A stretch of 61,861 bases of DNA from Eubacteriales bacterium (GTDB lineage Bacteria > Bacillota > Clostridia > Oscillospirales > CAG-272). The stretch is taken from assembly GCA_045657105.1 (NCBI GenBank), contig JAZOSN010000042.1:1-61861 (forward strand), read 5' to 3'. Shown here one piece after another: positions 18,378-26,197 of this stretch. Below the pieces are notes generated by a model, which was not told where the DNA came from, did no database searches, and saw nothing but the letters and a program-made list of their open reading frames with translations. Each line of letters opens with the position of its first letter. Position 1 is the stretch's first letter. Both the position numbers and the translations under genes were made by a program.

Positions 18378-19439
18378 ATGCAAAAATTCAAGAAAATCGG
18401 TGTACTCACCTCGGGCGGCGACGCCCCCGGAATGAACGCGGCTATCCGCGCGGTAACTCTTGCCGCAGAAACCAACGGTGTTGACGTCGTTGCTATATAC
18501 GACGGATATCAGGGACTTATGGAAGGAAACGTCCGTGACATAGAGTCGAAAGACGTAGCCGGAATAATAGGAACAGGAGGAACCTTCCTCCACTCGGCGC
18601 GCAGCCCTGAGTTTATGCTTGAAGAGGGTATGCAGAGAGCTATCGCCACCTGCAAAAAGTATAGCATTGACGGTATCGTCGCCATCGGCGGCGACGGCAC
18701 GTTCAGAGGTGCGACCGATCTTACCAGACACGGTATTCCCTGCATCGGAATTCCCGGCACGATAGACAACGACGTAACCGCAAGTGACTCTACCATCGGC
18801 TACGACACCGCTCTTAAAACGACGGTAACTATGATAGACTGTCTGCGCGACACCTGCGAATCTCACGCGAGATGCAACGTAGTTGAGGTTATGGGCAGAC
18901 ACGCCGGATACATTGCACTCGAAAGCGCGGTCGCTACCGGCGCAGAGGCGGTCATAATCAAAGAGATTGAGCACGACGAGGACGCTATAATAAAGCGCAT
19001 CGCATCTCTCAAAGCCGAGGGCAAGCGAAGCTTCATAATCGTCGTTTCCGAGGGGCTTGGCAACTACAGCGAAATACTCGCTCCCAAGATCGAAGAGGCG
19101 ACCGGAGTTGGAACGAGATTTGCGCGCTTTGCTCACGTTGTCCGCGGAGGTATTCCCACCGTTGCCGACAGAGTTATGGCAACTCAGATGGGCGCAAAGG
19201 CGGTCGAGCTTCTGCTCGACGGCAAGAGCAACCTCGTTGTATGCAAGAGAGACGGCAAGATCGTTTCCGAGGACATTCAGTACGCTCTGACCGTTGACAG
19301 AATGTTCAAGGGCAAGCTTAAAGAAGGCGATCTCGACGGCTTTACAGACGAGCAGATCGAATCTATGAAGGACCTCTGCGCGATTCGCACGAAAGAGATC
19401 CGCAGACTTTACGATCTCGTTGAAAAGGTTGCTAAATAA
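18378..19439 (+). CDS. pfkA: ATP-dependent 6-phosphofructokinase
   Basis: LTSGGDAPGMNAAIR, GGDG, PGTIDND, EVMGR. Confidence 0.95.
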   Translation: MQKFKKIGVLTSGGDAPGMNAAIRAVTLAAETNGVDVVAIYDGYQGLMEGNVRDIESKDVAGIIGTGGTFLHSARSPEFMLEEGMQRAIATCKKYSIDGIVAIGGDGTFRGATDLTRHGIPCIGIPGTIDNDVTASDSTIGYDTALKTTVTMIDCLRDTCESHARCNVVEVMGRHAGYIALESAVATGAEAVIIKEIEHDEDAIIKRIASLKAEGKRSFIIVVSEGLGNYSEILAPKIEEATGVGTRFARFAHVVRGGIPTVADRVMATQMGAKAVELLLDGKSNLVVCKRDGKIVSEDIQYALTVDRMFKGKLKEGDLDGFTDEQIESMKDLCAIRTKEIRRLYDLVEKVAK

Positions 19440-19468
19440 TTTAAAACACATCAATACCACTTTTAATT

Positions 19469-19561
19469 AAAGTTTTTGAAGGGGTTTGGGGGAACTTTTT
19501 TCAAAAAGTTCCCCCAAAAAATGTTTTAGGAGGTGTGGAACCCTTTTGACAAAATGGTTCC
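19469..19561 (+). repeat. AAAGTTTTTG-headed palindromic repeat, two tandem units
   Basis: AAAGTTTTTGAAGGGGTTTGGGGGAACTTTTT-TC-AAAAAGTTCCCCCA, then AGGAGGTGTGGAACC...GGTTCC. Confidence 0.9.
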
Positions 19562-19571
19562 TCTGCGTAAT

Positions 19572-21104
19572 ATGCTTACAGTTCTTCATTCGGCGTCGCT
19601 TTTCGGAGCGGACGGATTCGTAGTCACCATAGAATGCAGCGTGAGCGACAAGATGCCGCTTTTCGAGATAGTCGGTCTGCCGGATAACGCCATAAAAGAA
19701 TCAAAAGAACGAATCCGCGTCGCGTCCGAGAGCTCGGGACTTATCTTCCCCGACTCCGAGATCGTAGTCAACCTCGCACCTGCCGACATCAAGAAGGCAG
19801 GCTCGGCGTTCGATCTTGCGATGCTCATCGGAATTTTTGCAGGTGCAGGAAAGATAAGCTGCGACTTTTCCAAGAAATGCTTTATCGGCGAGCTCTCGCT
19901 TTCGGGTGAGGTCAGACCGGTACGCGGAATGCTCTGTATGTGCATCGCGGCGGCAAAAGCAGGGCTGACCGAATTCTACGTGCCCGAGGAAAACGCTCCC
20001 GAGGCGTCGGTCGTCGAGGGGATAACCGTCCACCCTGTAAAGAATGTCCGTCAGCTTTACGAGGCACTCTGCGGACGCGCCGAGCTTCCGACCGTGTCCT
20101 TTGACAAGAACGCTTATTTCAGCGAGGTGGCACATTCGGATCTCGATTTTTCTGACGTTCGCGGTCAGGAGAGAGCAAAGCGCGCTATTGAGATCGCGGC
20201 GGCAGGCTCGCATAATATTTTGATGATAGGCCCTCCCGGAACAGGAAAAAGTATGCTCGCAAAGCGAATTTCTACCGTTTTGCCCGCGATGACGTTCAGA
20301 GAAGCCATCGAAACTACGAAAATACACTCGATCTCGGGAATTTTGCCACCGAACGCCTCGCTTGTAACGACACGTCCGTTCAGATCTCCTCATCACACGA
20401 TGTCGGCGGCGTCGCTCGCAGGCGGCGGAAGTATCCCCGTGCCCGGCGAGGTTTCACTCGCGCACAACGGAGTCCTCTTCCTTGACGAGCTCCCCGAATT
20501 CAACAAGCAGGTCACAGAAACACTCCGCCAACCGCTCGAGGACAGGCAGATAACGATAACGAGAGCGCTCGGAAAATTCACCTTCCAGAGTGACTTTATG
20601 CTCGTTTGCGCAATGAATCCATGCCGTTGCGGATACTACGGTCATCCGACGAGGCAGTGCACCTGTAAGGCGGACGATATTAAAAAATATCTGTCAAAGA
20701 TCAGCGGTCCCCTGCTTGATCGAATTGATATTCAGATAGAGGTTCCGTCGATCTCCTTCGACGAAATATCCGATCCGACACCTGCGGAAAGCTCGGGAAA
20801 GATACGAGAGCGAGTCAACGCGGCGCGCGATTTTTCGCGAAAGCGTTTTGAAAAGAGCGGCAAGGACGTAAAGTCCAACGGAAGCCTTTCCGCCGCAGAC
20901 GTTCGCGCCTACTGCACGACCGATAACGACGGACACGAGCTGCTAAAAGCGGCGTTCACATCGCTCGGACTCTCGGCAAGAGGTCACGACAGACTTCTCA
21001 GAGTCGCGCGTACGATCGCAGACCTCGAAGAGAGCGAAACGATAAAGGCTCAGCACATCGCCGAGGCGATACAGCTCAGATCTCTCGACAGAAAATACTT
21101 TTAA
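19572..21104 (+). CDS. comM: YifB/ComM Mg-chelatase-like AAA+ ATPase
   Basis: VGLPDNAIKES, NLAPAD, GPPGTGKSMLA, PFRSPHH, LAHNGVLFLDELPEF, SGPLLDRID. Confidence 0.93.
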   Translation: MLTVLHSASLFGADGFVVTIECSVSDKMPLFEIVGLPDNAIKESKERIRVASESSGLIFPDSEIVVNLAPADIKKAGSAFDLAMLIGIFAGAGKISCDFSKKCFIGELSLSGEVRPVRGMLCMCIAAAKAGLTEFYVPEENAPEASVVEGITVHPVKNVRQLYEALCGRAELPTVSFDKNAYFSEVAHSDLDFSDVRGQERAKRAIEIAAAGSHNILMIGPPGTGKSMLAKRISTVLPAMTFREAIETTKIHSISGILPPNASLVTTRPFRSPHHTMSAASLAGGGSIPVPGEVSLAHNGVLFLDELPEFNKQVTETLRQPLEDRQITITRALGKFTFQSDFMLVCAMNPCRCGYYGHPTRQCTCKADDIKKYLSKISGPLLDRIDIQIEVPSISFDEISDPTPAESSGKIRERVNAARDFSRKRFEKSGKDVKSNGSLSAADVRAYCTTDNDGHELLKAAFTSLGLSARGHDRLLRVARTIADLEESETIKAQHIAEAIQLRSLDRKYF

Positions 21105-21180
21105 AAAGCGCGTCCCTGCCGTCAAAACGGCGGCAAGGACGACTTTTTTTGATTTTTTCGAAAAAATTTCAAAAAAACTG

Positions 21181-21209
21181 TTGACAAAGCAAAAAGCTTG
21201 TGTTATAAT
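21181..21209 (+). promoter_or_regulatory. sigma-A promoter of the tRNA pair
   Basis: TTGACA-17bp-TATAAT, TG extension, A/T-tract UP element upstream. Confidence 0.85.
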
Positions 21210-21238
21210 GAGTTTCGCCGTGTGAAACGGGCAAAGTC

Positions 21239-21310
21239 GCTGGTGTGGCTCAATGGCAGAGCAGCTGATTTGTAATCAGCAGGTTGATGGTTCGACTCCG
21301 TTCACCAGCT
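21239..21310 (+). tRNA. tRNA-Thr(TGT)
   Basis: GCTGGTG/CACCAGC acceptor stem, GCTGA-TTTGTAA-TCAGC anticodon arm, GGTTCGACTCC T arm; no encoded CCA. Confidence 0.97.
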
Positions 21311-21347
21311 TTATGAGTCGCAACGCGGCTTAGAATTTAATACATTT

Positions 21348-21430
21348 GGGGGAATTCCCGAGCGGCCAAAGGGGGCAGACTGTAAATCTGTTGTGCATTC
21401 ACTTCGGTGGTCCGAATCCACCTTCCCCCA
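21348..21430 (+). tRNA. tRNA-Tyr(GTA)
   Basis: GGGGGAA/TTCCCCC acceptor stem, GCAGA-CTGTAAA-TCTGT anticodon arm, long variable arm; no encoded CCA. Confidence 0.96.
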
Positions 21431-21434
21431 TTAG

Positions 21435-21469
21435 AAAAAAGCACGTCTGCAATGCAGATGTGCTTTTTT
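21435..21469 (+). terminator. Terminator after tRNA-Tyr
   Basis: AAAAAAGCACGTCTGC-AAT-GCAGATGTGCTTTTTT. Confidence 0.85.
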
Positions 21470-21474
21470 CAACT

Positions 21475-21634
21475 AAATCTGCCTTCTGCGGAAGAAATCC
21501 CGCTTCGCGGGGAGAAATAGGACGGATTTAATTTCATCTGAGTCGGCACGCCAAAGATTTCATCCGAGCGTGCTCGGATTTCACCGTGCGTAGCACGATT
21601 TCATTGACTATTTTGAAAATTTATGATATAATAA
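21475..21634 (+). repeat. GAAAT/ATTTCA hairpin array ending in a sigma-A promoter; 21544-21634 is duplicated at 22663-22753
   Basis: ATTTCA units separated by hairpins; TTGACT(21604)-17bp-TATAAT(21627); 89/91 identity to the second copy. Confidence 0.9.
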
Positions 21635-21652
21635 GCGAAAGAGGTGATTATT

Positions 21653-22000
21653 ATGGCAGAAAACAAACTCGCAGATATGTCATCCGAATTTGCGGTCAAA
21701 ATTTTGTGTTTAACTGATAGCATCAAAGGACATTATTCATTAGCCAATCAACTTGAACGAAGCGGCACAAGTATAGGCGCCAATATCAGAGAGGCAAAAT
21801 ATGCTCACAGCAAAGCAGATTTCGTTGCCAAGCTGCAGATTTCCCTCAAAGAATGCTACGAAACAGAATATTGGATTGAGATTGCACAAAAGGCAAATAT
21901 TATTTCGGAAGAAATTACAAAAAGTGTATTGCATGATTGCGGTTCTATCCGCAGAATGTTGATCGCTTCCATTAATACGGCAAAGGAGCATCAATCGTGA
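21653..22000 (+). CDS. Four-helix-bundle protein (TIGR02436 / 23S rRNA IVP family)
   Basis: NQLERSGTSIGANIREA..A.SKADF..KL.ISLKECYETEYW signature. Confidence 0.93.
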   Translation: MAENKLADMSSEFAVKILCLTDSIKGHYSLANQLERSGTSIGANIREAKYAHSKADFVAKLQISLKECYETEYWIEIAQKANIISEEITKSVLHDCGSIRRMLIASINTAKEHQS

Positions 22001-22416
22001 CAAACAGAATCATTAATAAACGGTGGGCTTTCTTTGTCTTGATTTTTTTGATTTTGATTGCTTTGGGACTTTGGTCTTTAAGCGAAGAACTTGGTATTTC
22101 GATTGCCGTTATCGTTATTGGAATTACTTTATTGCTTGGATATGTATTTGTAATTCCAAATAGTTATGTGATTGATGCTCAAGGAATTGTAATTTATTAC
22201 GGATTTGGTCTAAAGACAAAGGCATATTGGAACGAATTGAAACGTGTCGAAGATCATCATTCGCAATATGGTGTTTTTCCATGGTTTAGAGAATATCAGA
22301 TCGGATATTTCAAAACAAAATTTGCGTTGTGGGAAAATGCGCATATTCCAAAAAACAAGAAAACAAAAGCTTTAATTGAAAAATACTATAAAAAGCATAT
22401 CGAAATTTATGGTTGA
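21997..22416 (+). CDS. Hypothetical membrane protein (2 TM plus PH-like C-terminal part)
   Basis: GTG start overlaps the upstream stop; two hydrophobic segments; AT-rich. Confidence 0.7.
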   Translation: MTNRIINKRWAFFVLIFLILIALGLWSLSEELGISIAVIVIGITLLLGYVFVIPNSYVIDAQGIVIYYGFGLKTKAYWNELKRVEDHHSQYGVFPWFREYQIGYFKTKFALWENAHIPKNKKTKALIEKYYKKHIEIYG

Positions 22417-22472
22417 TCGAACACCTTTTGTTCGCAATTACCTCGATTTTTGACCTTTTATCCGCAACAAGG

Positions 22473-22660
22473 CAACAAAAAAGGAACTTTTGTCTACCAA
22501 AAGTTCCTTTTTGTTTATCCAAGCCGCAGTAGGGGTTCCCAGAAGCGAGCTTGTCGAGCTTTGGGGGTTCCCGTAGGCTTGGCATAGACGCTCGCAGGCT
22601 CGCTATTCCGCCGACTCCGCTCCTTACATCGCCGCACGAAGTGCGGTGCATATCATCAAG
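22473..22660 (+). repeat. Multi-hairpin intergenic element with nested insertion
   Basis: AAAAAGGAACTTTTG..CAAAAGTTCCTTTTT; CCAAGCC..GGCTTGG; CCGCAC-GAA-GTGCGG. Confidence 0.65.
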
Positions 22661-22662
22661 AG

Positions 22663-22753
22663 CGGCACGCCAAAGATTTCATCCGAGCGTGCTCGGATTT
22701 CACCGTGCGTAGCACGATTTCATTGACTATCTCGAAAATTTATGATATAATAA
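22663..22753 (+). repeat. Second copy of the hairpin-array/promoter module
   Basis: Direct repeat of 21544-21634 with 2 mismatches; TTGACT(22723)-17bp-TATAAT(22746). Confidence 0.92.
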
Positions 22754-22777
22754 CGGTGATAGGAGGTGCTACTGACT

Positions 22778-22945
22778 ATGAAAGAAAATAAACTCGTCGA
22801 GCTTTCAATGGACTTTTCCGTTGATATCATAAATCTCGTTACTGCGATATCGACAATATACCCTCACATCGTTTATGGCTCAAGAATAAATTTTCTATTA
22901 GCCCCGTCAAAATGCCTGACGGCTCTATCCCCGGTTCATTCGTAA
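22778..22945 (+). pseudogene. Truncated four-helix-bundle paralog
   Basis: AGGAGG RBS; MKENKLVELSMDFSVDIINLV aligns with MAENKLADMSSEFAVKILCLT, then similarity is lost after about codon 21. Confidence 0.8.
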
Positions 22946-23024
22946 GCTATATTCTTTGATCCAAATAGACTTTGTTTTGATAATATGCAATAAAAATAGC
23001 ACCCGCTCTAACCAGAGCAAGGTG

Positions 23025-23228
23025 CTATTTGTTTTTTCTACCGACAAAGTAATCGGCAGATACTTTGTAAAAGTCACAAAGTTTGATAAGATCTTCAATT
23101 TTTAGCTCGGCTCTTCCCGTTTCGATATGATTATAGCCTTGTTGAGATTTGTTGATAATTTTTGCTACTTCCGACTGTGTTAAGTCATTATCTTCGCGCA
23201 ACGCTCTCATACGCTCTCGATACGTCAT
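23025..23228 (-). CDS. XRE/Cro-C1 family HTH regulator
   Basis: RMRALREDNDLTQSEVA...YNHIETG...LCDFYKVSADYFVG. Confidence 0.92.
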   Translation of the reverse strand: MTYRERMRALREDNDLTQSEVAKIINKSQQGYNHIETGRAELKIEDLIKLCDFYKVSADYFVGRKNK

Positions 23229-23258
23229 AAAACCACCTCTTTTTTAATCATCATACAA

Positions 23259-23304
23259 TACTCTTGATTTGAGTATTGACAAATACTCAATAATTGAGTA
23301 TAAT
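23259..23304 (+). promoter_or_regulatory. Twin 17-bp palindromic operators overlapping a sigma-A promoter
   Basis: TACTC-N7-GAGTA at 23259-23275 and 23284-23300; TTGACA(23276)-17bp-TATAAT(23299). Confidence 0.8.
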
Positions 23305-23338
23305 GTAGTAAATCATTTTTTATTTGGGAGGTATTATT

Positions 23339-23509
23339 ATGGCGCGTTGTCCTTATTTAGAGTATGAATCGAGAGGAGCTTTTTTCTCACAAGGTGATTA
23401 CTATTGCGAGCTTTGCAAAAAAACATTATCCGAATCGGAAGTTAACAACAAATGCAAGTCCGATTGTGGAGATGATTATGAAAAATGTACTGTATACAAG
23501 AATAGGTAG
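23339..23509 (+). CDS. Small Cys-rich hypothetical protein (56 aa)
   Basis: GGAGG RBS; CPY..YYCELC..C..C..C. Confidence 0.7.
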   Translation: MARCPYLEYESRGAFFSQGDYYCELCKKTLSESEVNNKCKSDCGDDYEKCTVYKNR

Positions 23510-23519
23510 GTGAAAAACT

Positions 23520-23957
23520 TTGGGATTATTTAATTTGTTTAAGAAAAAGGCAATTGATACATTAAGCGATACCAAAGAGGAAGATGCCGTTTTTGAACAC
23601 ATATTGCGTGTATTTTTTGAATTTAAAGATAAATTCCCTGACAAAATTGTTTCAATACTCATTTACCCTTCAAGAAGTATCCGCGAATATGTTGCTTTTG
23701 ATATCACATTCCTTTTTAACGGAAAAATCGCTTGGTATAAATCAAATGAAACGAATAATGTGCTCGAAATTTTTGAATTGGTTGAAGATGACGAGCATAT
23801 CCAAACGTTTACATGTGTTCATAATACGTTTGAACCAACGAATGATTACGATTATGTTAACAAAAAGATCAAGGCTTGTATTAGACACTTTTCGGAAGAA
23901 AATCCGGGCAGGAATTTTGATTTAAGCAAAACAGGTGCTACGATAACGTTTTGGTAA
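23520..23957 (+). CDS. Hypothetical protein
   Basis: TTG start after AGGTG; MGLFNLFKKK N-terminus; AT-rich. Confidence 0.65.
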   Translation: MGLFNLFKKKAIDTLSDTKEEDAVFEHILRVFFEFKDKFPDKIVSILIYPSRSIREYVAFDITFLFNGKIAWYKSNETNNVLEIFELVEDDEHIQTFTCVHNTFEPTNDYDYVNKKIKACIRHFSEENPGRNFDLSKTGATITFW

Positions 23958-24097
23958 ATCAATACCGGTTATATAAAAAGCAAGCATCAAAACGATCCGC
24001 CCTCGCTTTCGAGCGAGGGTGTCCTTTTCTTTTCTTGACAGCCGTTCTCGTTTATGCTACAATAAAGAAAACCGATAAAACCAAAAAGGAAAACGCC

Positions 24098-24358
24098 ATG
24101 ATCGAATTTGAAAAACTGCCCTTTTTCGAGGAATATATTGACGAAAAAACAGGCGTGAAAAGCTACATACTTACCGAAAAGACAGTCGATATCTTCTCTG
24201 CCATGCCGAAACCAAAATATCCGAGATCATACTGGCATCTTGATCCGCATCCGCAGTTTACAAGCGACGGAAAATATATCGTGAGCACGACGACGGTAAG
24301 AGGCTCGGTTGACGTAGCCATCACGCCCGTAGAGGAGCTGATTGAAATGACGAAATAA
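24098..24358 (+). pseudogene. Internally deleted oligogalacturonate-lyase-like beta-propeller remnant (86 aa)
   Basis: N-terminal DEKTGVKSYILT joined directly to C-terminal HLDPHPQFTSDGKYIV; own promoter and AAGGA RBS. Confidence 0.55.
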
Positions 24359-24463
24359 TCGGTCTTTCGTCCGTTTTGTTATATAAAAAGGCAAAAGGTC
24401 TTGACTTTTTGCTTTTTTTGTTATATCATATAAAAGATTTTGTAATAAAGGAGAAATGTGTGT

Positions 24464-25822
24464 ATGACACCTGAGATCTTATACTTGGCAGTGGTCTTTG
24501 CCGTGGCAATAATCTGCTTCTGTATCTTAAAACGACCTCTGTACGAAAGTATGTTTTTCTCTTTCATAGCACTGCTCGCGGTTTCCGGAACGTGGCAAAA
24601 CGTCGGCAGTTATATATTTAGCGCTTTGAAAGAGCCTTCCCTGTACGTCATCTTCGCGTTTATCATCTCTGCGGATCTGTTGTCAAAAACATCGGTAATT
24701 GACGACTGTATCGCTATAATTCTTTCTATTTTCGGACGTTTCAGAGGAGGAGCGGGATTCGTTGCCGTGATCGGCAGTACGTATATGGGCTCTCTCTCCG
24801 GATCCGGCCCCGGTAACGTAGCCACCACCGGCGTTTTCACTATCCCCGCTATGATCCGTTCGGGATTCCCGCCTCATCTTGCGGCAAACGTCGAGGCTCA
24901 CGCGAGCACGATGGGTAATATGATCCCGCCTGCCGGAATGATCGGAATTGCATTTTCAATTCTCGACACGTTATATCCGGACACCTATACGATGCCTCAG
25001 TACTGGCTTCTTCTTTGGGGAATTGCCATTTGGTTTATCCTTCAAAGAATCATTACCCTTATGGTTATGTGCCGTTACTACAAGGTTAAGCCGATGCAAA
25101 AAGAGGATATTCCGAGTTTTAAGGAGTCCGTAAAGCACGGTTGGAAAGCGATTTTCCTTCCGATCATCGTGTTCGTTCCCTTTATACTTACAAGCAAGTT
25201 CGACAGCTTCTTCATCTCCCGTCTTGGCGACGGAGCAAAGTCGCTCAACAACAGTCTTCTGCTTATTATTCCCTGCCTCATCGTTATCTGCGGAGCCCTG
25301 CTTTCAAACAGAGCGACAAGATCGAGCCTTAGCATGAAAAATATGTACTCATCGATCACCAAGGGAATGACGAAGGTTGTACCCACCGCAGCTCTCGTTC
25401 TGTTTGCATATTTTGTAAGCAACGTTTTGGCGGATCTCAAAATAGAAACGGCCATCGGAGATATTTTTGCAGATCTGAATCTCAACAAAGTGATGCTTTG
25501 CTTCCTCGTTCCGCTTCTGTGTGCAGTTTTGGGAATGCTCCTTCCCGGATCGTCACAGGTAAAGATCTTCGGCGGAAGTATAATCGTGATTATGGCCGCC
25601 GCAGGCTGCAATCCTATGCTTGTTGCCGCTATGCTTCCCTGCATTTGCGGAGCGATGCACGGAGTTACCCCTCCCTACTGCGCGTGTGTTTATACCGGTA
25701 TGGGAATTGCTCAGTCCGAGCTAAAGCCCACGCTGCTTAACTGCGCTATCTGGATAATTCTTCACTATCTCCTGTCCGTTTTCACTTTACTCGGACTTAT
25801 ACCCGTTTTCGGCTTGATTTAA
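24464..25822 (+). CDS. TRAP transporter large permease (DctM-like)
   Basis: GRFRGG, GSLSGSGPGNVATTGVFTIPAM, GNMIPP, VTPP; about 12 TM. Confidence 0.8.
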   Translation: MTPEILYLAVVFAVAIICFCILKRPLYESMFFSFIALLAVSGTWQNVGSYIFSALKEPSLYVIFAFIISADLLSKTSVIDDCIAIILSIFGRFRGGAGFVAVIGSTYMGSLSGSGPGNVATTGVFTIPAMIRSGFPPHLAANVEAHASTMGNMIPPAGMIGIAFSILDTLYPDTYTMPQYWLLLWGIAIWFILQRIITLMVMCRYYKVKPMQKEDIPSFKESVKHGWKAIFLPIIVFVPFILTSKFDSFFISRLGDGAKSLNNSLLLIIPCLIVICGALLSNRATRSSLSMKNMYSSITKGMTKVVPTAALVLFAYFVSNVLADLKIETAIGDIFADLNLNKVMLCFLVPLLCAVLGMLLPGSSQVKIFGGSIIVIMAAAGCNPMLVAAMLPCICGAMHGVTPPYCACVYTGMGIAQSELKPTLLNCAIWIILHYLLSVFTLLGLIPVFGLI

Positions 25823-25838
25823 GGAGGTACGGAAAATT

Positions 25839-26141
25839 ATGAAAAAGAAAATATTTAATATTTTAAACCACGTATACGGTATTTTGATGTCGCTCTCCTT
25901 CTTCGGCGGAGTCCTTCCGCTCGTTCCGTTCATTATTGCGCTCTGCATTGGAGGAACGTGGGGAGAAAAGATCTCGGTTTTCCTTTACGAGCAGTATTAT
26001 CCTTGGGTGATAATCATTGGATCTGCCGCTCTCGTTATCGGCGTTATCGCTATGTATATCGGCAAGATCGAGGCACTCAGTATTAAAAATATCTCCTCCG
26101 AGGAAAACAAGGAAAAACCAAAAGACGAAAACACGAAATAA
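25839..26141 (+). CDS. Small membrane protein, possible TRAP small-subunit equivalent
   Basis: 2-3 hydrophobic segments; AGGAGG RBS directly after the permease. Confidence 0.7.
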   Translation: MKKKIFNILNHVYGILMSLSFFGGVLPLVPFIIALCIGGTWGEKISVFLYEQYYPWVIIIGSAALVIGVIAMYIGKIEALSIKNISSEENKEKPKDENTK

Positions 26142-26144
26142 ACA

Positions 26145-26187
26145 AAAAGCAGAGATGCTGACGTTCAGTCGGCATCTCTGTTTTTTT
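26145..26187. terminator. Bidirectional terminator
   Basis: CAGAGATGCTGAC..GTCGGCATCTCTG flanked by A and T runs. Confidence 0.8.
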
Positions 26188-26197
26188 GTTTCGTTTT

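Noticed and set aside
21475-21605. CRISPR array, suggested by recurring ATTTCA
   Set aside because: Repeat unit is only about 6-8 bp, spacers are 14-20 bp self-complementary hairpins, and there are no cas genes
21653-22000. Diversity-generating retroelement, suggested by the Avd-like four-helix bundle
   Set aside because: No reverse transcriptase in the window and no TR/VR pair with adenine-specific differences
21431-24000. Prophage or ICE at tRNA-Tyr
   Set aside because: No integrase, structural or conjugation genes, and no attR-like tRNA duplication seen
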